DNA from: a virus | Virus genome (UHGV): UHGV-0179250 | Length of the DNA: 26,811 nt | Reading direction: 5' to 3' (one strand) | Part shown: positions 8,335 through 17,829 of the stretch, one piece after another | Position numbering within the stretch: the first letter of the stretch is position 1 | How the letters are laid out: each line of letters begins with the position of its first letter | Translations under genes and position numbers: made by a program | Notes under the pieces: generated by a model | The model's input: only the letters and a program-made list of their open reading frames with translations | Databases searched by the model: none | Told to the model about the DNA's origin: nothing

Positions 8335-8962
8335 TATACCGCTGAACCTGAAATCCGTCAGTGATTCCGGGGAATTTGAAGGTTACGGTTCTGTTTTTGG
8401 TGTTAAGGACAGCCACGATGATGTGGTGGTCCCCGGTGCCTTTACCACAACACTCCAGAAATGGAGCGAAAAAAAGGCGCTGCCTGCGTTGCTCTGGCAG
8501 CACCGCATGGATGAGCCCATCGGTGTGTACACCGAAATGAAAGAAGATGATGTCGGGCTTTATGTCAGGGGGCGATTACTCGTTGATGATGATCCCCTGG
8601 CAAAACGTGCACATGCCCATATGAAGGCCGGTTCTTTAACCGGTCTTTCTATTGGCTACATCCTGAAAGACTGGGAGTACGACCGTGAAAAAGGGGTATT
8701 CCTGCTGAAAGAGATCGACCTGTGGGAGGTCAGTCTGGTGACGTTTCCTTCCAATGATGAGGCACGCATCAGCGATGTGAAAAATGCGCTGGCGCGTGGG
8801 GAGATCCCTGATCAGAAAATCATTGAGCGGGTCCTGCGCGATGTTGGACTCTCGCGAACCCAGGCCAAAGCATTCATGGCCGGGGGATATGGCGCTTTAT
8901 CCCTGCGTGATGCTGAGGATGTGGATGCCGCACTGAATGCACTGAAAAATCTTAAATTTTAA
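8312..8962 (+). CDS. Prohead maturation protease (HK97 family)
   Basis: Start at MQTKQRL with AGGAGA RBS, overlapping the portal 3' end; located between portal and major capsid. Confidence 0.8.
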   Translation: MQTKQRLDIPLNLKSVSDSGEFEGYGSVFGVKDSHDDVVVPGAFTTTLQKWSEKKALPALLWQHRMDEPIGVYTEMKEDDVGLYVRGRLLVDDDPLAKRAHAHMKAGSLTGLSIGYILKDWEYDREKGVFLLKEIDLWEVSLVTFPSNDEARISDVKNALARGEIPDQKIIERVLRDVGLSRTQAKAFMAGGYGALSLRDAEDVDAALNALKNLKF

Positions 8963-8976
8963 CCAGGAGAAAAATA

Positions 8977-10200
8977 ATGGCTGACATTAAAGATGTGGAG
9001 CAGGTCGCGCAGGAGCTGCAGCAGAAGTTTGACGATTTTAAGGCAAAAAACGACAAGCGCATTGACGCGATCGAACAGGAAAAAAGCAAGCTGGCCGAAC
9101 AGGTGGAAAGCCTGAACGGGCAAATCAGCGAGCTGGAGAACCTGAAAAGCGACCTGGAAAAAGAGCTGGCAGACATCAAGCGTCCGGCAGGCGGCACGCA
9201 AAATAAAGTTGCCGGTGAACACAAAGAAGCGTTTATCGGATTTATGCGCAAGGGGCGTGAAGACGGTCTGCGTGAACTTGAACGTAAGGCGCTTCAGGTA
9301 GGTAATGATGAAGATGGTGGTTATGCCATTCCGGAAGAACTGGATCGTACCATCCTGACGCTGCTGAAAGATGAGGTGGTGATGCGCCAGGAAGCCACTG
9401 TGATCACCCTCGGTGGCTCGGATTATAAAAAACTGGTGAATCTGGGCGGCACTAAGTCCGGATGGGTGGGGGAAACGGATACGCGTCCGGAAACCGCCAC
9501 CTCAAAACTGGGGCTGATTGAACCCTTTATGGGGGAAATCTACGGCAACCCGCAGGCCACCCAGAAAATGCTCGATGATGTTTTCTTCAATGTGGAAGAC
9601 TGGATCAACAGTGAGCTGGCGCTGGAATTTGCCGAACAGGAAGAAATTGCCTTTACCAGTGGCGACGGCAGCAAAAAACCAAAAGGTTTTCTGGCTTATG
9701 AGTCCACCGATGAAGATGACAAGACCCGTGCGTTTGGCAAACTTCAGCACATTGCTTCCGGTGCGGCTTCCGGCGTGACCGCCGATGCGATCATTAAACT
9801 GATTTACACCCTGCGCAAGGCGCACCGTAGCGGCGCGAAGTTCATGATGAACAATAACAGTCTGTTTGCCATTCGTCTGCTGAAGGATAACGAAGGAAAT
9901 TATCTGTGGCGTCCGGGTATTGAGCTGGGGCAGCCCTCTTCTCTGGCAGGGTATGGCATCGTTGAGAATGAGCAGATGCCGGATATTGCCGCTGATGCAA
10001 AAGCCATTGCGTTTGGTAACTTCAAACGCGGCTATACCATCGTTGATCGCATCGGTACCCGTATCCTGCGCGATCCGTACACCAACAAGCCGTTCGTTGG
10101 TTTTTATACCACCAAGCGAACCGGCGGTATGCTGGTGGATTCTCAGGCGATTAAGCTGATGAAAATTGGGGCTGCAACCCGCCAGAAAGCCGCTGCGTAA
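8977..10200 (+). CDS. Major capsid protein (HK97 fold) with N-terminal coiled-coil delta/scaffold domain
   Basis: 407 aa; charged coiled-coil N-terminal ~100 aa followed by capsid domain; strong RBS AGGAGAAAAATA. Confidence 0.85.
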   Translation: MADIKDVEQVAQELQQKFDDFKAKNDKRIDAIEQEKSKLAEQVESLNGQISELENLKSDLEKELADIKRPAGGTQNKVAGEHKEAFIGFMRKGREDGLRELERKALQVGNDEDGGYAIPEELDRTILTLLKDEVVMRQEATVITLGGSDYKKLVNLGGTKSGWVGETDTRPETATSKLGLIEPFMGEIYGNPQATQKMLDDVFFNVEDWINSELALEFAEQEEIAFTSGDGSKKPKGFLAYESTDEDDKTRAFGKLQHIASGAASGVTADAIIKLIYTLRKAHRSGAKFMMNNNSLFAIRLLKDNEGNYLWRPGIELGQPSSLAGYGIVENEQMPDIAADAKAIAFGNFKRGYTIVDRIGTRILRDPYTNKPFVGFYTTKRTGGMLVDSQAIKLMKIGAATRQKAAA

Positions 10201-10235
10201 TGCGGTTTTTTTTGTGCCCGCGTAATGGCGGGCAC
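10190..10235 (+). terminator. Tandem hairpins after the capsid gene (weak T-run terminator plus a perfect 8-bp hairpin)
   Basis: CCGC/GCGG stem followed by T8 (10190-10213), then GTGCCCGC/GCGGGCAC stem (10214-10235); both loops share GCGTAATG. Confidence 0.35.
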
Positions 10236-10246
10236 AGGAGGAAAAT

Positions 10247-10570
10247 ATGCTCCTGAAAGAAGAGGAGATTAAATCTCACCTCCGGCTCGATGATGGTTTG
10301 TACAGTGACGGCGATTTTCTGCAATTGCTGGCACAGGCGGTACAGAAAAGAACAGAGACATACCTGAACAGGAAGTTGTATGCACCGGAAGAGACGATTC
10401 CGGAAGATGATCCTGACGGGATGCATCTGACTGATGACGTTCGTCTGGCCATGCTGATGCTGGTCAGTCATTTTTATGAAAATCGTTCAGCGAGTACCGA
10501 TGTTGAGAAACTTGAAACGCCAGTGAGTTTCAGATGGCTCGCTGGTCCTTACAGGATTGTGCCTCTATGA
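10247..10570 (+). CDS. Head-tail connector protein (gp6-like)
   Basis: 107 aa, acidic; AGGAGG RBS; first gene after the capsid gene. Confidence 0.7.
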   Translation: MLLKEEEIKSHLRLDDGLYSDGDFLQLLAQAVQKRTETYLNRKLYAPEETIPEDDPDGMHLTDDVRLAMLMLVSHFYENRSASTDVEKLETPVSFRWLAGPYRIVPL

Positions 10571-10983
10571 AAATCAGGCAAAGTCAGACCAGTGCCACTT
10601 ACCTTTTACCGGATCCCGGAGAACTGAATCGCCGGATAAAGATCCGCCTCCGTGTGGATGAACCCACCGCTGATTTTGGTACGAAGCCGACGTATCCGGA
10701 GTCGTTTGATGTCTGGGCAAAGGTGGCTCAGCCAGGCGCTGCCGCTTATCAGGGCTCAGTGCAGACAGAAAATATCGTTACACATTATTTTACGATCCGT
10801 TTCCGTCACGACATCACGGCAGATCATGAGGTGGTTTATTACGGTCAGGAGTACCGGATCCGGCGAATACGCGACCTGAACGGTCAGCGGCGTTTTTTAT
10901 TACTGGAATGTGAAGAACTGCGTACAGCGCGACGACGGGGTGAATGCCATGAATCAGACAGCATTTTTACACGTCGACTTTAA
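10567..10983 (+). CDS. Head closure / head-tail adaptor protein
   Basis: ATGA start/stop overlap with the preceding gene; size and position typical. Confidence 0.6.
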   Translation: MKIRQSQTSATYLLPDPGELNRRIKIRLRVDEPTADFGTKPTYPESFDVWAKVAQPGAAAYQGSVQTENIVTHYFTIRFRHDITADHEVVYYGQEYRIRRIRDLNGQRRFLLLECEELRTARRRGECHESDSIFTRRL

Positions 10984-11473
10984 ACAACCAAAGGAGCTGG
11001 AGTTTAATCGCGCCCGTCTGCGTCGGGCGTTTGTGCAAATCGGGCGCGTTTACATGCGTGACGCCAGACGTCTGGTGATTAAACGCGGGCGTTCCTGCCC
11101 GGGAGAGAACCCGGGGTATCAGACCGGGCGTCTGGCCCGCTCCATTGGTTATTACGTTCCCAAAAAAACGACGCGTCGTCCCGGGCTGATGGTGAAAATT
11201 TCCCCTGACCAGAAAAACGGGCAGGGGAATCGCCGTTTTCCTGAAGGCGCTCCTTATTATCCGGCGTTTCTGTATTACGGCGTTCGCCATTCAGCTTATG
11301 GAATGGATAAAAAGGATAAGCGGCAGAAGAAGCACCATTCTTCGACTTTCCGGCTGGCCCCGCGTAATAACTTTATGGCTGACGTTATTGAGCGGCGGCG
11401 ACACTGGACGCAGGAACTGTTGTCCCGTGAGCTGCAGCGTTCGTTACGTCCGGTAAAAAGGAAGCGTAAATGA
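10949..11473 (+). CDS. HK97 gp10-like neck/tail-component protein
   Basis: Basic 175-aa protein; start MNQTAFLHV overlaps the upstream gene; position typical. Confidence 0.55.
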   Translation: MNQTAFLHVDFKQPKELEFNRARLRRAFVQIGRVYMRDARRLVIKRGRSCPGENPGYQTGRLARSIGYYVPKKTTRRPGLMVKISPDQKNGQGNRRFPEGAPYYPAFLYYGVRHSAYGMDKKDKRQKKHHSSTFRLAPRNNFMADVIERRRHWTQELLSRELQRSLRPVKRKRK

Positions 11474-12033
11474 AACTGACAACAATAATTGCGGCGTTGC
11501 GTGAGCGATGCCCGCGTTTTGATAATCGGGTTGGTGGCGCGGCGCAGTTTAAGGCGATCCCTGATGCCGGAAAACTGCGACTGCCTGCTGCCTATGTTGT
11601 CCCCTCTGACGATGCGCCGGGGGAACAAAAATCACAGACCGATTACTGGCAGGATTTGACAGAAGGCTTCTCCGTTATTGTTGTGCTCAGCAATGAGCGT
11701 GATGAAAAAGGGCAGTGGGCAGCCTATGACGCCGTTCATGATGTCCGGAGAGAACTCTGGAAAGCCCTGCTTGGATGGATGCCGGATCCGCAGGGGGGCG
11801 AGATTGTTTATGCCGGTGGCACCCTGCTGGATCTGAACCGTTACGAACTGTATTACCAGTTTGATTTTACGGCGAAGTATGAAATCACGGAAGAAGACAC
11901 GCGACAGGCAGAGGACGTGAATGCCCTGCCGGATTTATCCCTGCTGAGTATTGATGTGGATTACATCGATCCTGGTACTGGCCCGGATGGTGACATTGAG
12001 CACCATCTGGAAATGCGTTTCCCTCAGAAATAA
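11470..12033 (+). CDS. Virion neck/tail completion protein (Mu gpK-like position)
   Basis: 187 aa, acidic; translationally coupled; immediately upstream of the sheath cluster. Confidence 0.5.
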   Translation: MKLTTIIAALRERCPRFDNRVGGAAQFKAIPDAGKLRLPAAYVVPSDDAPGEQKSQTDYWQDLTEGFSVIVVLSNERDEKGQWAAYDAVHDVRRELWKALLGWMPDPQGGEIVYAGGTLLDLNRYELYYQFDFTAKYEITEEDTRQAEDVNALPDLSLLSIDVDYIDPGTGPDGDIEHHLEMRFPQK

Positions 12034-12042
12034 GAGTCCCTC

Positions 12043-12204
12043 ATGTTTGTGAAACCCCTGAAAGGGCGGTCAGTTCCTGACCCTGCCCGTGGAGACCTTT
12101 TGCCTTCTGACGGGCGAAATGTGGAAGAAAGCAGCTACTGGCTCCGCCGTATAGCGGCGGGTGATGTGGTACGTGTTAAACAGGATGAGGTTAAAAAATC
12201 ATGA
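12043..12204 (+). CDS. Small DUF2635-like protein (53 aa) preceding the tail sheath gene
   Basis: ORF MFVKPLKGRSVPDPARGDLLPSDGRN... not in the supplied track (<60 aa); its stop overlaps the sheath start (ATGA); similar small proteins precede sheath genes in Mu-like tail modules (from memory). Confidence 0.45.
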   Translation: MFVKPLKGRSVPDPARGDLLPSDGRNVEESSYWLRRIAAGDVVRVKQDEVKKS

Positions 12205-13697
12205 CAATAAGTTTTAATACTGTTCCGTCAGACACGCTGGTGCCGTTGTTCTATGCTGAGATGGACAATTCTGCGGCAAATACAGCAGTGACCAGCGCGC
12301 CTGCATTATTGATCGGGCATGCCAGCAACGATGCCGCCATTGAGGTTAACAGCCTGGTGCTGATGCCGTCGGCAGATTATGCCCGTCAGATTTGTGGGGC
12401 CGGTAGCCAGCTGGCGCGTATGGTTGACGTCTACCGTCAGACAGATCCTTTCGGTGAACTGTATGTTATTGCAGTACCGGAAGCCAGAGGGGCGGCGGCG
12501 ACGGTCAGGGTGACAGTTACCGGAGAAGCAGAGGAAAGCGGCACCCTGAGTCTGTATGTCGGGCGCTCCCGTGTACAGGTGCCTGTGGTGAATGGCGATG
12601 ATGCTACTGCGGTTGCCACCGCGATTAAGGAAGCGGTAAACGGGGTTATCACCCTGCCGTTTGCGGCGTCATCTGATGCAGGTGTGGTGACGCTGACTGC
12701 CCGCCATAAGGGGCTGTATGGTAACGAGTTGCCTGTCTGCCTGAATTATTATGGTTCTGGTGGTGGTGAGATTCTGCCTGCGGGGCTTCAGGTCGTGACG
12801 GAAGCCGGAACTGCGGGTAGCGACGCGCCTGATCTTACCGCCGCTGTTGCTGCTATGGGCGATGAAGCATTCGACTTTATCGGTCTGCCGTTCAACGATG
12901 CCGCCTCCATCAATATGATGATGACCGAAATGAATGACAGCAGCGGTCGCTGGAGTTATGCGCGCCAGTTATACGGGCATGTCTATACCGCAAAACTGGG
13001 GACGTTGTCAGAGCTGGTTGATACCGGAGATATGCATAATCAGCAACATATCACGCTTGCCGGTTACGAAAAAGAAACCCAGACACCTGTCGATGAACTG
13101 GTTGCCAGTCGTCTTGCCCGTGAAGCGGTATTTATCCGCAATGACCCGGCCCGTCCGACACAGACGGGGGAACTGGTGGGGATGCTTCCGGCACCGAAAG
13201 GTAAGCGATTCATTATGACCGAGCAGCAGACCCTTTTATCTCATGGTGTGGCGACGACTTATGTGGAAGGCGGCACGTTGCGGATCCAGCGTTCCGTAAC
13301 CACCTACAAAAAGAATGCATATGGCGTGGCAGACAACAGTTATCTGGACAGTGAAACACTGCATACCAGCGCATACGTTCTTCGCAAACTGAAATCGGTC
13401 ATCACAGGCAAGTACGGACGTCACAAGCTGGCAAATGATGGTACCCGTTTTGGTCCGGGGCAGGCGATTGTTACTCCTGCCGTTATCAAAGGGGAGCTTC
13501 TGGCGACATATCGTCAGATGGAGCGTGCCGGTATTGTGGAAAATTACGATCTGTTTAAACAGTATCTGACAGTTGAGCGTGATGCGGATAACCCGAACCG
13601 ACTGAACACGCTGTTCCCGCCGGATTATGTTAACCAGTTACGTGTCTTTGCGGTGGTTAACCAGTTCCGTCTCCAGTATTCAGAGGAGTCAGCATAA
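12201..13697 (+). CDS. Contractile tail sheath protein
   Basis: 498 aa, Mu gpL-like size; followed by tube, chaperone and tape-measure genes. Confidence 0.85.
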   Translation: MTISFNTVPSDTLVPLFYAEMDNSAANTAVTSAPALLIGHASNDAAIEVNSLVLMPSADYARQICGAGSQLARMVDVYRQTDPFGELYVIAVPEARGAAATVRVTVTGEAEESGTLSLYVGRSRVQVPVVNGDDATAVATAIKEAVNGVITLPFAASSDAGVVTLTARHKGLYGNELPVCLNYYGSGGGEILPAGLQVVTEAGTAGSDAPDLTAAVAAMGDEAFDFIGLPFNDAASINMMMTEMNDSSGRWSYARQLYGHVYTAKLGTLSELVDTGDMHNQQHITLAGYEKETQTPVDELVASRLAREAVFIRNDPARPTQTGELVGMLPAPKGKRFIMTEQQTLLSHGVATTYVEGGTLRIQRSVTTYKKNAYGVADNSYLDSETLHTSAYVLRKLKSVITGKYGRHKLANDGTRFGPGQAIVTPAVIKGELLATYRQMERAGIVENYDLFKQYLTVERDADNPNRLNTLFPPDYVNQLRVFAVVNQFRLQYSEESA

Positions 13698-14053
13698 TGG
13701 CAAAGATCGCCGGAACCTGTTTTTTTAAAGTGGATGGTCAGCAGTTATCGCTGACAGGTGGAATTGAAGTGCCGATGAACACCAATGTCCGGGATGATGT
13801 CGTCGGCATGGCTGGTGATGTGGATTACAAGGAGACCTGGCGGTCACCTTACGTTAAGGGCACGTTTAAAGTGCCCAAAAATTTTCCGGTCGACAAAATT
13901 ACCACCTCAGATCAGATGACGATTACTGCCGAGCTGGCAAACGGCATGGTGTATGTGCTTTCGGCTGCATGGCTGCACGGAGAGGCTAACCATAATGCCG
14001 AAGAAGGCACGGTAGATCTTGAATTCCACGGCGAAGAGGGAGGGTATCAGTAA
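13697..14053 (+). CDS. Tail tube protein
   Basis: 118 aa; directly downstream of the sheath with overlapping stop/start. Confidence 0.75.
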   Translation: MAKIAGTCFFKVDGQQLSLTGGIEVPMNTNVRDDVVGMAGDVDYKETWRSPYVKGTFKVPKNFPVDKITTSDQMTITAELANGMVYVLSAAWLHGEANHNAEEGTVDLEFHGEEGGYQ

Positions 14054-14388
14054 TGGCAATGAGCGTTACAGAAATTGTTTTAAAAAAACCGGTGACAGCG
14101 CATAACGAAATGCTGCATGTGCTGGAGTTGCGCGAGCCCACGTATGACGAAATCGAGGCGCTGGGTTTTCCTTTCATTATTTCCGGTGAAGGCAGTATTA
14201 AACTGGACAGCCAGGTGGCACTGAAATATATCCCGTTGCTGGCGGGGATCCCGCGTTCATCGGCGGCGCAGATGGCAAAACTGGATATTTTTAAGACCAG
14301 CATGCAGATCCTGCGTTTTTTTACCCAGTCGGAGACGGGAAGCACCTCCGGAAACGACTCTACAATGTTGCCTGGTTCTGGAAACTGA
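14053..14388 (+). CDS. Tail assembly chaperone (zero-frame product)
   Basis: 111 aa between tube and tape measure; contains a slippery heptamer near its 3' end. Confidence 0.65.
   Translation: MAMSVTEIVLKKPVTAHNEMLHVLELREPTYDEIEALGFPFIISGEGSIKLDSQVALKYIPLLAGIPRSSAAQMAKLDIFKTSMQILRFFTQSETGSTSGNDSTMLPGSGN
14316..14322 (+). promoter_or_regulatory. Predicted -1 programmed ribosomal frameshift site (T TTT TTT) in the tail chaperone gene
   Basis: Heptamer in X_XXY_YYZ register in the zero frame; the -1 frame is open from 14322 to a TGA at 14478-14480; stem-loop (AGTCG...CGACT) begins 5 nt downstream. Confidence 0.5.
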
Positions 14389-14472
14389 ATCCACTGGAGC
14401 TGCGACGGGTGGCTATTTCGCAGTTTACAGAACTGGAAGCCGAGGCCGTCCGCATTAACGAGGAGATGAAGC

Positions 14473-16422
14473 ATGGCTGACAGTTTTCAGCTGAAGGCGA
14501 TCATCACTGCCGTGGATAAGGTATCGGCACCGCTGAAAGGAATGCAGCGCCAGCTGAAAGGTTTTAAAAAGGAGTTTGCCAGCCTGTCACTGGGCGCAGC
14601 GGGTGCCGGAACCGCAGTACTGGGAGCGCTGGCGCTCCCGGTCAAATCTGCCATTGCCCTTGAATCAAAAATGGCGGATGTCCGGAAAGTGGTGGATGGT
14701 CTGGATACGCCGGAAGCGTTTAAGGCAATGACGGAACAGGTGCGCGACCTGTCAACAGAACTGCCCATGTCGGCGGAAGGTATCGCCGAAATCGTGGCGG
14801 CGGGTGGTCAGGCTGGCATCGCCCGTGACGAGCTGATGCAGTTTACTGACGACGCCGTGAAGATGGGGGTGGCCTTTGACACCACGGCGGAAGAATCCGG
14901 TCAGATGATGGCACAGTGGCGCACTGCCTTTAAACTGACACAGGGAGAGGTGGCAGGACTTGCGGATAAGATTAACTATCTTGGTAATACCGGTCCTGCA
15001 AGTGCGAAAAAGATTTCTGATGTTGTGACCCGTATTGGCCCTTTAGGCGGTGTTGCGGGTGTGGCCTCCGGAGAAATTGCCGCAATGGGGGCAACCATTG
15101 CCGGAATGGGGGTGGAATCAGAAATTGCGGCGACGGGGATAAAGAATTTTATGCTGTCGCTGACAGCGGGGAATTCTGCCACCAAATCGCAGAAAAAAGC
15201 GTTTCGCCTGTTGCGCATTGACCCGAAAAAGCTGGCGGCGGATATGCAGAAAGATGCCCGGGGTGCCATGCTGCATGTACTGGATTCTCTGGCGAAAGTG
15301 CCGAAAGAAAAACAGGCTGCAGTGCTGAATGCGCTGTTCGGGAAGGAATCTCTGGGAGCCATCGCGCCGCTGCTCACGAATCTGGATTTGTTGCGAACCA
15401 ATTTTAATCGTGTGGCGGATGCGCAGCAGTATGGCGGCTCAATGCAGAAAGAATATGTCGCCCGTGCCGCGACGACGGAAAACCAGTTGTTGCTGCTGCA
15501 GAACCAGATCAATGCGATTTCTTCCACGCTGGGAGAAACCTTCCTGCCTTCGCTCAATGAAGGCATAAAAGAGATGAAGCCTTTTCTGGAAGAAGTGCGC
15601 ACGTTTGTCAGAGAAAACCCTGAAGTCGTAAAAACCATCGCGAAAACGGGGCTGGCACTGCTGACATTTGGTGTTGCCATTGGCTCGCTGTCGCGGATGG
15701 GAAAAATCCTTAGTGGCGTGATGAATATGACGCCGGCAAAGGGGCTCATTACGTTACTGGTGGCGGGGGCGTATCTCATTATTGATAACTGGGAAACGGT
15801 CGGGCCGGTTGTGAAAAAAGTCTGGCAGGAGGTTGATCAGGTTGTCAGAGCAATGGGGGGATGGGAACAGGCAGTAAAAACAATAGCAACGGTTTCTGCC
15901 CTGTATATTGGTGTGAAGGCGGTGGCAAGCATTCGTGCAGCAATAGCCGCTCAGAATCAATGGACAGCGGCGGCAGGTAAAACATCCCTGAAATTAAAGG
16001 GCCTCGGAAAGATCAGCCTCATTGGGGGATTGCTTGAGCTCGGCATGATGGCGCAGGAGTTTGAAAAAGAACATCCCTGGCTTGTTAAAAATTTTGTGGC
16101 TGATGCGCTGAACAGTGGATTTGGTCTGAATGATAAGTTCGACGAGTGGGGCAAACAGTTCCATGATTTTGTCTATGACATGACCGGATGGCAGATGCCA
16201 CGTGGTGATGGGTATTTATCTCCAGAAAAACGCTACACCCCGAATGTATCACTGGAAAGGAATCAGCTGTTAAACCTTTCATCTTCACCGGCAACCCGCA
16301 GCGAACTTAAGGTGACGTTTGACAACGCGCCGCCTGGAATGCGTGTCATCGATTTGCCGAAAACAGGCGATCCCTTTATGAAAATCACCCATGACGTTGG
16401 GTATTCACCTTTCAGGCGTTAA
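14473..16422 (+). CDS. Tail tape measure protein
   Basis: 649 aa, Ala/Gly-rich with internal hydrophobic segments; follows the chaperone pair. Confidence 0.8.
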   Translation: MADSFQLKAIITAVDKVSAPLKGMQRQLKGFKKEFASLSLGAAGAGTAVLGALALPVKSAIALESKMADVRKVVDGLDTPEAFKAMTEQVRDLSTELPMSAEGIAEIVAAGGQAGIARDELMQFTDDAVKMGVAFDTTAEESGQMMAQWRTAFKLTQGEVAGLADKINYLGNTGPASAKKISDVVTRIGPLGGVAGVASGEIAAMGATIAGMGVESEIAATGIKNFMLSLTAGNSATKSQKKAFRLLRIDPKKLAADMQKDARGAMLHVLDSLAKVPKEKQAAVLNALFGKESLGAIAPLLTNLDLLRTNFNRVADAQQYGGSMQKEYVARAATTENQLLLLQNQINAISSTLGETFLPSLNEGIKEMKPFLEEVRTFVRENPEVVKTIAKTGLALLTFGVAIGSLSRMGKILSGVMNMTPAKGLITLLVAGAYLIIDNWETVGPVVKKVWQEVDQVVRAMGGWEQAVKTIATVSALYIGVKAVASIRAAIAAQNQWTAAAGKTSLKLKGLGKISLIGGLLELGMMAQEFEKEHPWLVKNFVADALNSGFGLNDKFDEWGKQFHDFVYDMTGWQMPRGDGYLSPEKRYTPNVSLERNQLLNLSSSPATRSELKVTFDNAPPGMRVIDLPKTGDPFMKITHDVGYSPFRR

Positions 16423-16437
16423 CAATGGGATATCAGA

Positions 16438-17829
16438 ATGGATTTTCCTTCCTTACCTTCTTTGTCCTCTTTGTTTTCTTCATCTTCCGGAACGACATGG
16501 CGCGATAATCTTTATGACGCTTCTTTTCGCGGTGTTCCGTTTTCAGTGGAAAGCGACGAGGGTACGTTCGGACGTCGCGTTCAGGTCCATGAATATCCAG
16601 ACCGTGACAAACCGTACACGGAAGATCTCGGGCGTGCCACGCGACGGCTGACGATTAATGCGTATCTCGTTGGTGATGATTACGCAGAGCAGCGCGACAG
16701 GCTGATTACCGCGATTGAAACCGCCGGGCCGGGGACACTGATCCATCCGCAGTTCGGTGAAATGCAGGGCTGTATTGACGGACAGGTGACCGTTTCTCAT
16801 TCCGGTACTGAAGGCCGTATGTGCCGGGTGTCATTTCAGTTTGTTGAGAGCGGGGAGCTGTCATTTCCGGTCGCCGGAGCCGCAACCGCCAGAAAACTGG
16901 AGGAGTCGTCAGGATTCCTGGATGAGCTGATTGAAGACATGTTCGGCGATTTTGATCTCGCGGGAATACCGGACTTTATTCAGAACGACGTTATTGTCCG
17001 GGCAACCGATATGCTGGGAACCGTTCAGACGGCTTTCAGAATGGTTAATTCTGCTGTTTCTGCCGGAATGAGGCTGCTGCAGGGTGATTTGTCCGTCATT
17101 CTGATGCCGCCATCGTTTGCCAGTGATTTTGTGCATACGTTGCAGGATACCTGGCGGGCCGGAACCAGACTGGTGGATAACACACAGGATCTGGTGCAGT
17201 CCATAACCACAATGTCCGGTATTACGCTGGATCCAGGACTGGCACCGCGCGCGGTGTGGCCCACAGATTCCGCATCGGTTGTCAGGCAAAAACAGCAGAC
17301 AAATCTGGTGGCTGCAGTCATCCGGACGACGGCGGTCAGCGAGGCTGCAAGGGCGGTCACTTCACTGCCGCAACCCGGAAGTCTGGTGAAAAATCAGCAG
17401 GCGGTTGTGGCTGTTGGCGGCTCTGCTGAGCGTCAGTCTGATATTATTCACGTTTCACATCCGGCACTTGACAGTGTGACTGCCAGCACAGAGCAGAATG
17501 AGACAGCACAACCACCCACGCGGGAAAATCTCACCATCATACGCGAATCGCTGAACGCGGCGATTGAACAGGAACTCAGACGGACGACGGATGACAGGCT
17601 GTTTTTTCAGCTGACGTCATTACGTACAGAACTGAACCGGGATATTCAGGCGCGCCTGGTTCAGACGGAGGAAACCGCAGAGCGAACGCCAGCGGAGGTT
17701 CTGCCTGCGCTTGTTCTGGCTGCGTCATGGTACGACGATGCGTCCCGTGAAACTGATATCCTGGATCGAAATGCCATCTCCCATCCGGGCTTTGTTCCGG
17801 TCAGGGCATTAAGGGTACCCGTCAGATGA
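16438..17829 (+). CDS. DNA circulation protein (Mu gpN-like)
   Basis: N-terminal WRDNLYDASFRGVPF...HEYPDRDKPYTEDLGR motifs typical of the DNA_circ_N family; Mu-like gene order. Confidence 0.8.
   Translation: MDFPSLPSLSSLFSSSSGTTWRDNLYDASFRGVPFSVESDEGTFGRRVQVHEYPDRDKPYTEDLGRATRRLTINAYLVGDDYAEQRDRLITAIETAGPGTLIHPQFGEMQGCIDGQVTVSHSGTEGRMCRVSFQFVESGELSFPVAGAATARKLEESSGFLDELIEDMFGDFDLAGIPDFIQNDVIVRATDMLGTVQTAFRMVNSAVSAGMRLLQGDLSVILMPPSFASDFVHTLQDTWRAGTRLVDNTQDLVQSITTMSGITLDPGLAPRAVWPTDSASVVRQKQQTNLVAAVIRTTAVSEAARAVTSLPQPGSLVKNQQAVVAVGGSAERQSDIIHVSHPALDSVTASTEQNETAQPPTRENLTIIRESLNAAIEQELRRTTDDRLFFQLTSLRTELNRDIQARLVQTEETAERTPAEVLPALVLAASWYDDASRETDILDRNAISHPGFVPVRALRVPVR

Noticed and set aside
14976-16294. 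Minus-strand ORFs inside the tape-measure gene (e.g. 14976..15779, 267 aa)
   Set aside because: Antisense to the tape-measure frame; Ser/Ala/Pro-rich translation is the mirror of the Ala/Gly-rich tape-measure codons.
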